64,000 nucleotides of DNA from Octopus vulgaris (taxonomy: Eukaryota), in assembly GCA_951406725.2 (NCBI GenBank), contig OX597823.1, positions 59,768,001-59,832,000 of the forward strand, given 5' to 3'. Below the pieces are notes generated by a model. The model saw only the letters and a program-made list of their open reading frames with translations, was not told the origin of the DNA and did no database searches. A program made the position numbers and the translations under genes. Position 1 is the stretch's first letter; each line of letters begins with the position of its first letter. Below are positions 1-12,470 of this stretch, piece by piece.

Positions 1-49
1 TTTTTGTTAAAGGACAATGTCTTAAAAGAATATGAATTCGTTCTGTAAA

Positions 50-446
50 TACATATATAGATACATAAATACATATATACATACTTACATATATATATGT
101 ATGTATATAAGTATGTATGTGTGTATGTATATGTACATTTATTTTATTTACATCAATATACCTCTCAGTAAGTGCCAAACACAAAAAGTGAATTATTTTT
201 ATATTTCGTATTTATATGTAATGCATTTTTCTTGCTTTTTTTTTATACATATGTTTTATATTGCAAATGATATAGCAAGATATATCAAGCAGTTAAAAAC
301 GAGAAAAGAAACTTTGGTAATTTCCATTTTCACCAGTTTTTATTACCTTCTATATTTGTATGAATATACATATACATACATATATATATATACATATATA
401 TATATACATATATATATATATGTAAATATATTTATATATATATGTG

Positions 447-508
<62 letters not shown>

Positions 509-886
509 TATACAACATTAAAGAAAAACCAACATATCTGAAATAAATTAGAAGCAGAGAATGGGCAGGGAAAAATGTTTTTTCGATCTGTTAATATTGT
601 AAATGAATATATATTATGTAAGAGGACAATGTGGCAGGCTAACAAAAGTATTCTACTTAAAGAGGAATCAGGTATTTGACATAATCCTATAAGGTTTCAA
701 ATAAGGAAAAGAAGCTGGACAATAATATCGATATTCTTAGATTTAGTTAATGTTTTGATTGATAGCTGGTTAATGTTTGTATTATTTGCTTGTTTGTATT
801 TGTTTGTCTTCGTAATTATTCATATGTGTGTGTGTGTATGTATATATGTGTGTGTGTGTGTATGTATATATGTGTGTGTGTATGCG

Positions 887-932
<46 letters not shown>

Positions 933-976
933 TATATATATATAGGTATATGAATATATATGTCTATAAACATATA

Positions 977-1025
<49 letters not shown>

Positions 1026-1255
1026 CTCATACACACATATATATATATGCATAAGTAGTTTGTGTATGTATGTATTTTGTATTTAAGTTGATTTGAATAC
1101 TCAAAATTATAAATAATTCGATGAAGACTAAATAACCATTAATTGAACCATTGATGTTTGATAAATTCATCTTTAAACTTAACTAGTATTAACATCAATC
1201 TAATAATATTAACCAATATAGGATTGTGTGTACTTCTGTGTTGGTGTGTATGTGT

Positions 1256-1299
<44 letters not shown>

Positions 1300-1532
1300 G
1301 TGTGTGTTTCTTTAAAGTGTACTTGTTTGAATTGATGGATAAATAGAAATATACATTGTCAGTTAAGTGGATAATGATGGAAATCTCTGTCAGAATGGAG
1401 TGGTCGGTGAAAGGATGAAGGAGGAAAGATGGGTACATGATGTGGATATATATATGTGTGTGTGTGTATATACCTATGTATATACCTATGAACTTATATA
1501 TACCTTCACATATACATATATATATATATGTA

Positions 1533-1609
<77 letters not shown>

Positions 1610-1616
1610 ATACAAA

Positions 1617-1654
<38 letters not shown>

Positions 1655-1700
1655 CATATATATGCACACTCTCATACACACATATACACACAAATACAAA
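50..1700. repeat. Compound (TA)n/(TG)n/(CATA)n microsatellite field
   Basis: Long dinucleotide runs visible directly; they account for the YIYI/CVCV pseudo-ORFs. Confidence 0.95.
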
Positions 1701-2150
1701 CAAACTTCAGTGACTGATATTATTGGTTCAAACTATGTTTAGAAATTTCTTACAAAGTTTTCTTTTAGAACTTTTATTTATTTTATTATTTTAATTCGTA
1801 AAGTGTTTCATAAACCAAAATTAAGTGGATAAGAATTTGCGTTTAAAATCTAGACTCTTAAACAAATTAAGTTAAAAAGAAAAAAAAGAAAACAAATAAT
1901 CCGAATTTTTTTTACGTAGATTTCAATGAAATTTTTATTTAATTTTTGTTCAACTTCAAGTTTTGAGGCAGAATTTCAAGATCAGCTTAAATCGTTAATT
2001 GTTACAATTCAAAATACACCCCCACTCCCTTCACCCCTCTCTCTTTCCTAGTGTAATGATATACGTGAGTCATGAAGAGAGTCTCTATGTGGTTCTTCAA
2101 ATTGTCAGAAATAGCAGTCAAAATCTTCCTTAACACTTCAGCATTTAAAC

Positions 2151-2295
2151 CAGGGGTTCTCAACAATTTTTTTTTATCTATAGACCCCTTTGATTATTAT
2201 TTTATTCTGGCGGATACCCCATAGGCATTCGATGTTTTCAAACTAGATTTATAGATACTTCTTTCAAAATTCTTATTTTGTTTTTCACACATAAA
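2151..2295 (+). mobile_element. Truncated hAT-type MITE, same family as 39045-39274
   Basis: Starts CAGGGGTTCTCAAC and shares GACCCCTTTGATT with the complete copy. Confidence 0.6.
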
Positions 2296-2385
2296 CCCTT
2301 TCGTTACCTGTTATATCGCCCGTGTTCGGATGACCTCTAATCAACTCCTCGATGTCTAGACTTCTCCCTCTATATCTACGTATTG

Positions 2386-2476
2386 GGCTGATTTACCCTC
2401 TAGCCTTCATCAGTTGTCCTGGTAGGCTTTTGCACCCAACCCTGGGTTATCATCCCTAAGGTATTTTTTGCTGATG

Positions 2477-2538
<62 letters not shown>

Positions 2539-2618
2539 TATTCAAAGCACTGCCTGGAATTCAACTTGGAATCTTGGGGTTAGTAGTCCATGCTCTTAAT
2601 TATTATGTTATATGCCCA
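2386..2618 (-). mobile_element. Non-autonomous element: degenerate tRNA-like head, (AAT)n, body with truncated hammerhead
   Basis: Minus strand reads GGGCATA..TTAAGAGCATGGACTACTAACCCCAAGATTCCAAGTTGAATTCCAGG, then (AAT)n, then AAAAAATACCTTAGG..CTGATGAAGGCTAGAGGGTAAATCAGCC; body matches 47660-47850. Confidence 0.65.
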
Positions 2619-2644
2619 TGGGTTGGATTCACAGTTCTACCAGG

Positions 2645-2689
2645 ACACCTGATGAAGGCTGGAGAGTAAATCAGCTGAAACGTTGAGGT
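2645..2689 (+). ncRNA. Minimal type I hammerhead ribozyme motif (Penelope-type)
   Basis: CTGATGA (2649-2655), stem II GGCTG/CAGCT, GAAAC (2677-2681), palindromic AACGTT stem III; stem I mismatched in this copy. Confidence 0.7.
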
Positions 2690-2964
2690 AACAACAAACA
2701 AGACGAGGTCACATATCTGTCCAGTGTGAATAATGTAAATAATGTACAGAATTCCTCATCTCTAAAATATTGAATGGTTATATATTTATATTTAAATATT
2801 CATTGTCTAAAAGTCTTCAGTCATTGCTTTCTTTCTGTTTGCTTGTACACGTACTCACACACACACACACACACACACATATTTTTTATAAATAAAATTT
2901 AAGCTGTTATATTAAATTTGTTTATCTGTATAATTGCATCAATGTTTACACACATACGCACATT

Positions 2965-3422
2965 ATGGTAGAGGGGCATATGTGCTGGCCAGTCCAGCCA
3001 AGCTACAGAGGTACCAGACTACTAACCCTGTGGAGAGATTGTCCCCTTGAAGAGAACATGTAAGCTATTTACAAGAGGTTTGAAGATAACTATACTGAAG
3101 CCGTAATCATGGACTGCCCACCTAGCCAACCAGCAAATTTGATGAGATAATTTGTGAATAAAACGGGGTGAACAAAGTGATTGCAGAATACCAAAAGCAC
3201 AAGTTCTGCTGTGCCAGATGGACCCATTCAGTTGCCAAGTGCTATTCAAGAGATCAGAAAGGGCCACTCAGAAGGCCTCCACAATGATGGAAAGATTATT
3301 TAGTTAAGCTATTCAGGACAAGGTGGAAGATAGCAGTTCAATTAAGAAAGAGTTGTAAGTGGATAGTGACTGGTGATGCATAACAACGTCTGATAGTCTG
3401 CTTGATATAGTGATTTAGTGAT
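2965..3422 (+). mobile_element. Degenerate RTE-clade LINE 3' end with 3' UTR
   Basis: Translates RWTHSVAKCYSRDQKGPLRRPPQ*WKD, matching the RTE C-terminal RW..W.PR..KR..GRP..RW.D pattern. Confidence 0.65.
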
Positions 3423-3462
3423 ATATGTATATACATACATACATATATATATATATATACAT

Positions 3463-3518
<56 letters not shown>

Positions 3519-5325
3519 TTAGATAGATAGATATATATGTATATATATACATGTATATACACTCACACACATGTATGTATGGTTAGATGTATGTGTACAC
3601 AAACACGCACACATACAAACACATAAAACACCTTATGCTGTCCTGTTTAGGTCAACCCTGCCTTTCATCCTTTTGAAGGTCAATGAAGAAATATATATAT
3701 AAAAAATATAAGACAGTATTCTTCATTTGAGAGAATGATTAATGAAAAATACTGAACATGAAACCAAGCAACAACAACAACAACAACAATAAAGAACTAG
3801 AAACAGGGAAAGAGAAAAACTAGAAATAACTCCTTCCCGTCTATCTGTTTCCTTTTATACTCCTTCAACCCTCTTGGAGTCTGAATAACTGCATAATAAT
3901 CTTGGAGACAAGTAACAGAACACCTTTACTGGATTAACTGATGAATCTATTGAAACATCATTTAATGTTGCTGCCTGCTGTCTACTGTTGCTCTTCCTTC
4001 CAGAGCCTTTGGAACAAACAAACAAAAACAGTATCATTTCTTTTTTTTTCTTTTTTGTGTGTCAAATGATTGGGATTTTTAAAAACTATGTATTGATTAT
4101 TTTTTTTTAACTAATGAGAAATAGACATTAGATGGTTGTTGTATTTATAAAGAGAAAAATCTTTACTGCTTTGTGTTTATTTTTGTTTTTGTTTTTTTCT
4201 TTATATTTTTATTGTTTCCAATTTTTTTTCTTTTTTCCTTTCTTCACTTTTGTTATACATTTTTCTTTCTTTTCTTTTACTTTTTCGTTTTTCTTTCTTT
4301 TTGCTTGTTTTTTTGTTTGTTTGTTTGTGAACTTGAGTGGGGTGGGGAAACAACAATTATAATACTGAGGAAGAAGTGAGTAAACATGTTGAAACTTTTG
4401 GTCATTTGACTCTGTTTCTGAGGGAGACTTACAAATGATTAATTATACATGAGAGAGAGAATGAGGCAGACATACAGACAAACAGACAGAGAGTGAAAGA
4501 TAAGCAAGTAAATAAGTACTACTGCATCTCCACACACACACACACACACATTTGCACAAGTTCATAACACAAAAAACAATGTTTCTTTTTTTATTGTTTT
4601 ATATGGAATTTTTAACCTTCTTTCTGTCTTCAAAGAAACCTCCCCATCATCCTATCCCATCCACACTCTTAAAAAAAACGAACAAACAAAAGACCCCAAA
4701 ACAAAACAAAAACACTTCTTCAGACAAGTATAAATAAAAACTAAATATGTAACTTTAATCTAGGATTCAATAATTGAAAAGTTTTCTTTTAGCAATAGCT
4801 ATTAATTATACTGTCAGTTGCTTAAGTTGAGAGTTTGTCATCAATACATTGTAGCTATTTTGTACTGAAAATAATTAATATAGATTCATTTAAAAAAAAG
4901 ATATTTTTCACTTTTTTTTTACACCTGGTACAATTATTATTACAACACATTTTGTTTTAAAATTTAATGATAAATTCATTTGAACTTCTCACCTTCTGAC
5001 TTATTGAATTTTCAATCATTCAATGACACATCAAAATAACATTCTTTATTTAATTATTTATGTATTTATTTATTTATTTAAATTTAAACCCGATTCCTTT
5101 CTCCTTTCTCCTTGCTGCCACCACCCTGCCACCTAAATTACCAGATTTAAGCCTTGTTCTAGTTCTTATAAAATTTATGAATTAATTTTTTTTTTTTTTA
5201 AATTGAAAAAAAAAACAAATAAAAAGTATCTTACTGAGATCAATAAAATGCTATAACTTAGGTTAACTATCTGCTTGAAAGATTCTTAATTTTCAATCAT
5301 GTAAACTGGGGTAACATTTCATTCA

Positions 5326-5367
<42 letters not shown>

Positions 5368-5558
5368 ATATTTTATTCACCTATATATATAGTATATATA
5401 GTACACACCACAGTTATTCTCCTCCATCAATGTACTTGAGAACTAACACATTACTAACACATTATTAACACACTACTACCAACACACCAATACTACCAAC
5501 ATCATCCAGCTACACCTATGAGTGAAATGTAAATTTTATAACTTAGAAGCCTGCTATG

Positions 5559-5664
5559 TTACCTGATGAGGTTTCTTCATCACTGTGAGGTGTATTCGAT
5601 TTCATTATATCGTTCCCCGCTCACTAGGAAGCAGTGCAGAAGTATGCCAAAACGATTGTTGTGA
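5559..5664 (+). ncRNA. Degenerate hammerhead motif with long stem II insert
   Basis: TTAC-CTGATGA-GG...CC-AAAAC-GATT-GTT-GTGA; stem I TTAC/GTGA pairs, GAAA is changed to AAAA. Confidence 0.45.
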
Positions 5665-5872
5665 TAAAGTTTCCACTATGCTCTGTCTTTTGCATCAATC
5701 ATTTTGAAAATATTCAACATGCACTGATGAATTCCTAACTTAGAATCAATGACCAAATTCCATTTACTGTGAATGACGTCTGGTAGCCAGAAGTAGCTGG
5801 CACACTACTAGGGACACGGCCAAAATAAAGTTTGGATGCTAAATGTTAAAATTTCATATCTAAACTTTAATT

Positions 5873-5931
5873 TTAGCATAGCCCCTGGGCAAGGATGACA
5901 CACAAATTCAGGAAGCATTCCATTTTTTTTT
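5873..5931 (+). pseudogene. U6: U6 snRNA 3'-half pseudogene fragment
   Basis: TTAGCATAGCCCCTGGGCAAGGATGACACACAAATTCAGGAAGCATTCCATTTTTTTT versus canonical U6 TTAGCATGGCCCCTGCGCAAGGATGACACGCAAATTCGTGAAGCGTTCCATATTTT. Confidence 0.92.
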
Positions 5932-5934
5932 ACA

Positions 5935-5998
5935 AGTGCACACATGGCTGTGTGGTAAGAAGCTTGCTTCCCAACCACATTGTGCTGGGTTCAGTCTC
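5935..5998 (+). mobile_element. SINE family A, tRNA-like head only
   Basis: ATGGCTGTGTGGTAAGAAGCTTGCTTCCCAACCACAT..GGGTTCAGTC matches the head at 22691. Confidence 0.8.
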
Positions 5999-6740
5999 AA
6001 GAGGAGGACAACACGCAGAAGACAGAACACCTGGTTTTTGCATAATCAACGTCAATGTAGAACAGTAAAAAGTAATAAAGTAAAAAGTTAATAAAGTCAT
6101 TCAAGAAAACTCTGAAACAGGAATTATGTAGATAAATCCTACATTTCTATTTATTGCCTTAGCAGTATAGAATGTAGGCGTTTTCACGTAGTTTGATGTC
6201 TTCACAACTAAGGTTTACTAATAAATAACAGTTGGTTTGTTATATAATTCTTCTTGGTGGGAACTTTAAAAACAGTAGTTGTTTTTCCTTCTGGCGTTTA
6301 TATAGGAAAAAAAAAGAAAGTTTCATCATTAGATGTGAGATATTAAAGAAATAAGAAGCTGCAGAAGTAGTTAAAATTACAGACAAAAGAAAATTAGGAG
6401 TAAAAATCTGAAAAGTGAATCCAAAGATCAGCGAGTTTGAATTTAGATAAAGGATGATGAATATGTGAAGAGACAAACAAAAATAGAATAAATAAAATTA
6501 TATGTGAATGAAAGTCGATTAGATAAGAAAACAATATGACTTCCAAAGTATTATTGCTATTGAATTAATAAAGGTAAAAACAAATTGCAGAAAAGTTATT
6601 TTTTTATAATAATTATTTGTGAAAAATATATAATGCTAATGTATCACAAAATCAAATTTTAATATTTGGCCGGAGATATCTTTTATGGATGTGCTGTGTC
6701 TAAAAAACAGTATACATCGAGTGCAGAGGAAAATCACCCG

Positions 6741-7776
6741 AGCAGTGGCTGGGGGAATGCTAGATGCACTTCTGCTGCATTGGGCGTTGTCAAGAGCATA
6801 TACTCACAACAAGCCACAGGCTAAGATGAAATCTATTACCACCGACACAGGAAAATAGTGAATGAACTATTACGGGATCTTTACGTTTTGACCTACAGAT
6901 TTTAAAAAATAATTTTTTGTAACTAAACACTTTCAACCTTCAGACACTGGTAGAATGTGTCACATAAAACATCTTTTACTCTTAGCATTTTTGAGAAAAA
7001 CTTATATTTACGAAGTTATTTCACGTTAAAGTTCTCGTATTTCGGTAATTTCAACCAATCAATGACGTAAATTCAGCTGAATAAAATTACTGCTGTTGTT
7101 TGACAAACAGAACTTCCGGCGGTGTATATTTCGTTTGTCACTGTTATTTATGACAACCCTAACCCTAAAACCTTAAAGTCAGTACAAACGCACGAACGAT
7201 GTCATAAATAACAGTGACAAACGAAAAATACTCCGCCGATAGTTGTTGTTGACAAACAACGGCAGTAATTTTATTCAGCTGAATACACGTCATTGATTGG
7301 TCGAAATTACCGAAATACGAGAACTTTAACGTGAAATAACTTCGTAAATATAAGTTTTTCTCAAAAATGCTAAGAGTAAAAGATATTTTATATGACACAT
7401 TCTACCACTGTCCGAAGTTTGAAAGTGTTTAGTTGCAAAAAATTATTTTTTAAATCTGTATGTCAAAATCTTGTGTCGCAAATAGCCGCCCAACGGAATA
7501 GAAATCCGTTATAGGCAACAGAAGCAGTATTAGATTAAAATAGCTTCCCACATGTGTATCATACAGAATGTAAATACATCGCATAAAGCAAATTTACTAC
7601 GCTATTCCGCTGGATTGTTATTTCATGGTATTTGCAACACTAGTTATTGTTCATTAACCGTTTTTCTATATCGGTGTGCTAGATATTTTCCTCGTTATGC
7701 AGTTGGCTGTGAGTGAATGCTATTGACAACACCCAATGACGCAGAAAAATCATCCAGCACTCTCACCACCCACTGT
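6741..7776. mobile_element. Old degenerate inverted-repeat element (arms about 6741-6873 and 7643-7776) hosting a younger foldback element
   Basis: CATTGGGCGTTGTCAAGAGCAT is the reverse complement of ATGCTATTGACAACACCCAATG; CACCGACACAGGAAAA of TTTTTCTATATCGGTG. Confidence 0.7.
6886..7468. mobile_element. Foldback/MITE palindrome with about 270 bp arms
   Basis: 6886-7155 is the near reverse complement of 7200-7468; the 44 bp spacer begins ACCCTAACCCTAAAACCTTAA. Confidence 0.9.
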
Positions 7777-8312
7777 AAGAACGATTTACATACCTGCCAT
7801 ATGTACATATATATATATATGTGAAAGATTTTGACAAGTAAAAAAGTTATTAAAGTCATTAAAGAAAATCTGAAACATGTATAATGTTAATAAATCTGCA
7901 GTTTTTTTTTCAGTGACTTAGCTATGGAGAATGTAAACGTTTCCACATGGTATGTTTTCTTCACAACTGAGGCTTACAAATAAATCACAATAGCTTGACG
8001 GCTTATTTAATCAGTAACTACTGTAAGGACGATTTTCATCTCCCTCCGATATATATTGTTTTTAAACATAACACGTCTATAAGAACAATTACCTCCAGGC
8101 AAAAAATGTAGTAAATTTGCTTTCCGCAATGTATTTACATTAGATATAACATATTTTTAAAAAATTCTAATCTTTTCTGTTACGTATCACATTATCTTCA
8201 ATGTGGGTTCACGCTTGTTTTAGGTGTGTTGTATGTAAATATATGCATGTATTTGTATGTGTGCATGTAAGTGTGTGTGACTGTATGTTGCTGGTGTATG
8301 TGTGTCTGAGCG

Positions 8313-8746
<434 letters not shown>

Positions 8747-9492
8747 ATATATATATAGACTGTAGAAAAGAAAATGATAAATATAAAAGAAAGTAAATTA
8801 AGAGACAAGGTTGCTCGCTAAAAGTTTAAGTTCTTTTTCAAATTTTCTTGCCAATATTCGAGTTTATTTCCTGCATATATATCAGTATATTGCATAAAAT
8901 AAACATGTTATACGTGTCAGTTTGTATGCATAGGTGTATATATATATATGCATCTGTGTGCTAAACATAAACTATTTATTTCTGTGCAACACCTAGTTGC
9001 CATGGCAGTATCATAAACAAAATATTCTTTTGGATAACCTGCAATTAATTTTATAAATCGAACAATAAAATATTAAAACGGTGTTGCAAGTATGAAACTT
9101 ATAAGAAATGTATCTCTGAATATTACAAAAATGGTAACATGCGTGTAAGATTTATAAAGGCACAATAAAACAAAGCTCACTCACTGGCATGAAACTACTG
9201 GTAGAGATATCGCTCTGAATATTGCAAATAGTGAATCTGCAATATAAAGAGAAATGTGTGTGTGTGTGTGTGCGTGTACGTGTATGCATGCTTGTGTGTA
9301 TATATATACATGCATATATATATATATGTATACATAGACATATATGTATATACGTTTTATTTATTATTTTGCAAATTACTTAATCATCGCTATACGTTTT
9401 ATCTTATATTTAATCTTTCACTAATATGTAATTTTTCTAAATGGTATAATTTAATTTTTCATTATTGAGTTGATAAAAGGTGTTTTTTTCTA

Positions 9493-9543
<51 letters not shown>

Positions 9544-9659
9544 AATAGTTGAATGAATTATCTTATATATATATATATATATATATTATATTTTGGGAAA
9601 TTTGATTTAATATTTCTAAATTGAATTATTCCCTGTAAGTTTGGAATAATATTCCCTAA

Positions 9660-9717
<58 letters not shown>

Positions 9718-10372
9718 TATACATATATGTATACAGGCATAGATACACACATGCACACACACACATATATATATAACCTTAATTTTCCAATTTGTCCTTA
9801 AAATTAGCCCACTGAATATAGATTCATATATAGAAATATGATTATCATCGTATATATATTGTACGTATAACAATACAAACATAGCATAATCTATAACCGT
9901 TGAGGTATGTACACAACATATTCTTAAGCAATGTATATAACATCTAACAGTACTACGAGGATATATAAAGCAATGTCAGTATATAGGATAGTTCGTTGGT
10001 ATGTCAAGTAACATAAATACACATACCAATATATTTAACTATGTAAATTGGAAAGCTTGTGTATAAACTTCAATAAAGCAATGTATAATAACATTGATAC
10101 GTGCAATACACATACACATGCATAAGTACGTATAACTGCAAATGGAAATACAACTCAACACATACCCAGGTATAAATATACACACACACACATATAATCG
10201 AATCCATGCCATGTGGGCACTGTCTAATGATTGTGCTAGGACACCAGGCATGTTAAAATCCATTGTTTGGCATGCTCTCAGCACATGAAACTAATAGTAG
10301 TACATAAATACGCATATTGTGCTTATTAATGGAGTATTCTTTTTTTGTTGATCTTACCATCACGGACCATTA

Positions 10373-10419
<47 letters not shown>

Positions 10420-10424
<5 letters not shown>

Positions 10425-10600
10425 GATTCAAATAAACAAATAAAAACGGAAAAAACGAACGTGAGAACGTTCATAATAAATGTATTACCTTGAGGCTAAG
10501 TGAAAAGATAGTGTATGACATTTAGAGCATAGCTCTTCGTCGGAAAAGAGAAATGGAAAAGTCCAAAGATGGAAAAGAAGCTGCCAACAGCACCCGTGTA
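10420..10600 (-). mobile_element. Short Penelope-like derived repeat with decayed hammerhead-like core
   Basis: Minus strand TTTCCGACGAAGAGCTATGCTCTAAATGTCA, same family as 42100-42283. Confidence 0.6.
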
Positions 10601-11229
10601 CTTACATATATATATATACATCCAAATGCATATATGTGTGTGCATACTTTTGAATGTATAAACCTTTACACAAACATATACTCGAATGCAATCATACAAG
10701 ATGCATGAAAATGTAAAGAATCGCCATAAACTAAAACAATTGTATGTTTGCGACAATGACACAAGTTAAATCTTAAATGTAGAAAAATACGAGGACATTA
10801 AAAAGACGTATAAATGAAATCGTGAGTATTTTTGACCATCATAATGCTAGGATAAAAATTTATTGAATAGAAAATCACTTTCGAACTGTATGATGGTGAA
10901 AACATTTCTTGAAAGATCTATGTAAACAGGTATTTTAAATTATTGAAAAATCTCGATGTAAACATTTATTTCCGTTAGTGCTATTAATTTGAGGATTGTA
11001 AAGGTTGTAATATTTTAGGTTTCTATAAAATTGGAGTGTACAAGAAGAGATTATATCAGGATGTCTCGTATGTCACCTTAGTTTATTGATTAAAATTTCA
11101 CATATTCTGTGGTGCAAAGTTTACAAAGTTTGTGTGTGTTGGTATGATTTGGCATGTAAGATGATCTAAGATTTTCTCTATACATTTTGATAAATAAGTA
11201 ATGAAGCGCATCTTATAGTTATCCCGAAG

Positions 11230-11700
11230 CTTCAAAGGATATACGATCAGCGCGTTATTGAAGTAAGAGCTTTCACCACCTGCTGGTGTTGATGCTAGAT
11301 TTGTCTAGAGTTATTCTGTAAAAGAAACCTTAATCTGACCTTTGCATGTTACACATATCGCAACAAGGTCTTCAATCTTTAATCCTCAGTTTCATGATTT
11401 TTGCCTTCCGCGTAATTGACGAAACATCATTCCAATGTGGTTCTGTGAACTTCAGGGGTCATTCGGACTTGTATGTCCGTTGAGGCCCCATCTCAACCAC
11501 ATGCAGTTTCTGGTCATTTTAGCGTTCACTATTTGTCAGTGCCGTCTTAAAAAGATGACAAACAGTCGATTCATAGCATTGCAGAATCCTTGATTGTGAC
11601 CCTTGTGGTGTTTCACCATGTTCTGTTTGGTCTTTTCCATGTCCTCACTTTTAAAATCAAGTACACAGTTTCTTAATTTTCTTCGACGAACAGGATAAAT
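11230..11700 (-). mobile_element. Highly degenerate RTE-like LINE fragment
   Basis: Frameshifted minus-strand pieces resembling QLR..IMKL.D.RLKTLL..ITLDKSSINTSRW. Confidence 0.4.
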
Positions 11701-12470
11701 CATTACAAACATTGATCAGAACTACCTCTAATTGTTCTTTTGTGGATATGAGGAAATGTTCTCGGCTTATACCGATGCCCAGATTGGTAAGTCGCTTTTT
11801 GCGTTCTTGACTAGCGAACTCTTTCATATACGCACCTTACTTCATTACAAAATTCTGCCAAGCAGATTTCTTTTCAGTCAATCAGTTCATGATCAGAAAT
11901 ATTCTATTAGTGTCAGTGTGAGCAAAGCTAAAACTGCTATCCTTATTTTTCTTCATTTAACAAGTGTATATGCGTGTTAATATTGTTACTGTAGTTGTTG
12001 TTGTCGTCGTCTTCATCATCGTCGTCGTTGTCGTTGTTGTTGTTCTTGTTTATGTCGCACAACTTTGCGTGTTCGGATAACAAACTCTGTCTGTGCTTAT
12101 GTCTGTTTTTTTTTTGTTTTTTTTTCTGTTTATATGTTTTTTAATTCTGTTTGTCTTCTTTTGAAATAAGTTTCGTGTGTTCCAAGATTAATACACTATT
12201 CTCTCTTTTAAAGGGACATATTCAGCGCTACTCCATTCCTTGTTACTAACTTTTACTGCTCCACAAGAAGAGGAAGCTATATTAAAAATATTTGTAAACA
12301 AAACAAATTTCGGGAAAAAAATTTATGTGAAGCACATACCTAAAGTCTAACTCAAATTTTAAGATAGATGTGTTTGCAAATAATCCCGAGTGAAATTTGT
12401 TAATAATCCATAATTCTTATAAAGTCTTGCGACACATTCATACTTGACAAACACTGAATATTATTATTAT

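Noticed and set aside
32-1742. ORFs rich in YI, CV or HT dipeptides (also near 27146, 29643, 31757, 44024, 49338)
   Set aside because: They are translations of stop-free dinucleotide microsatellites.
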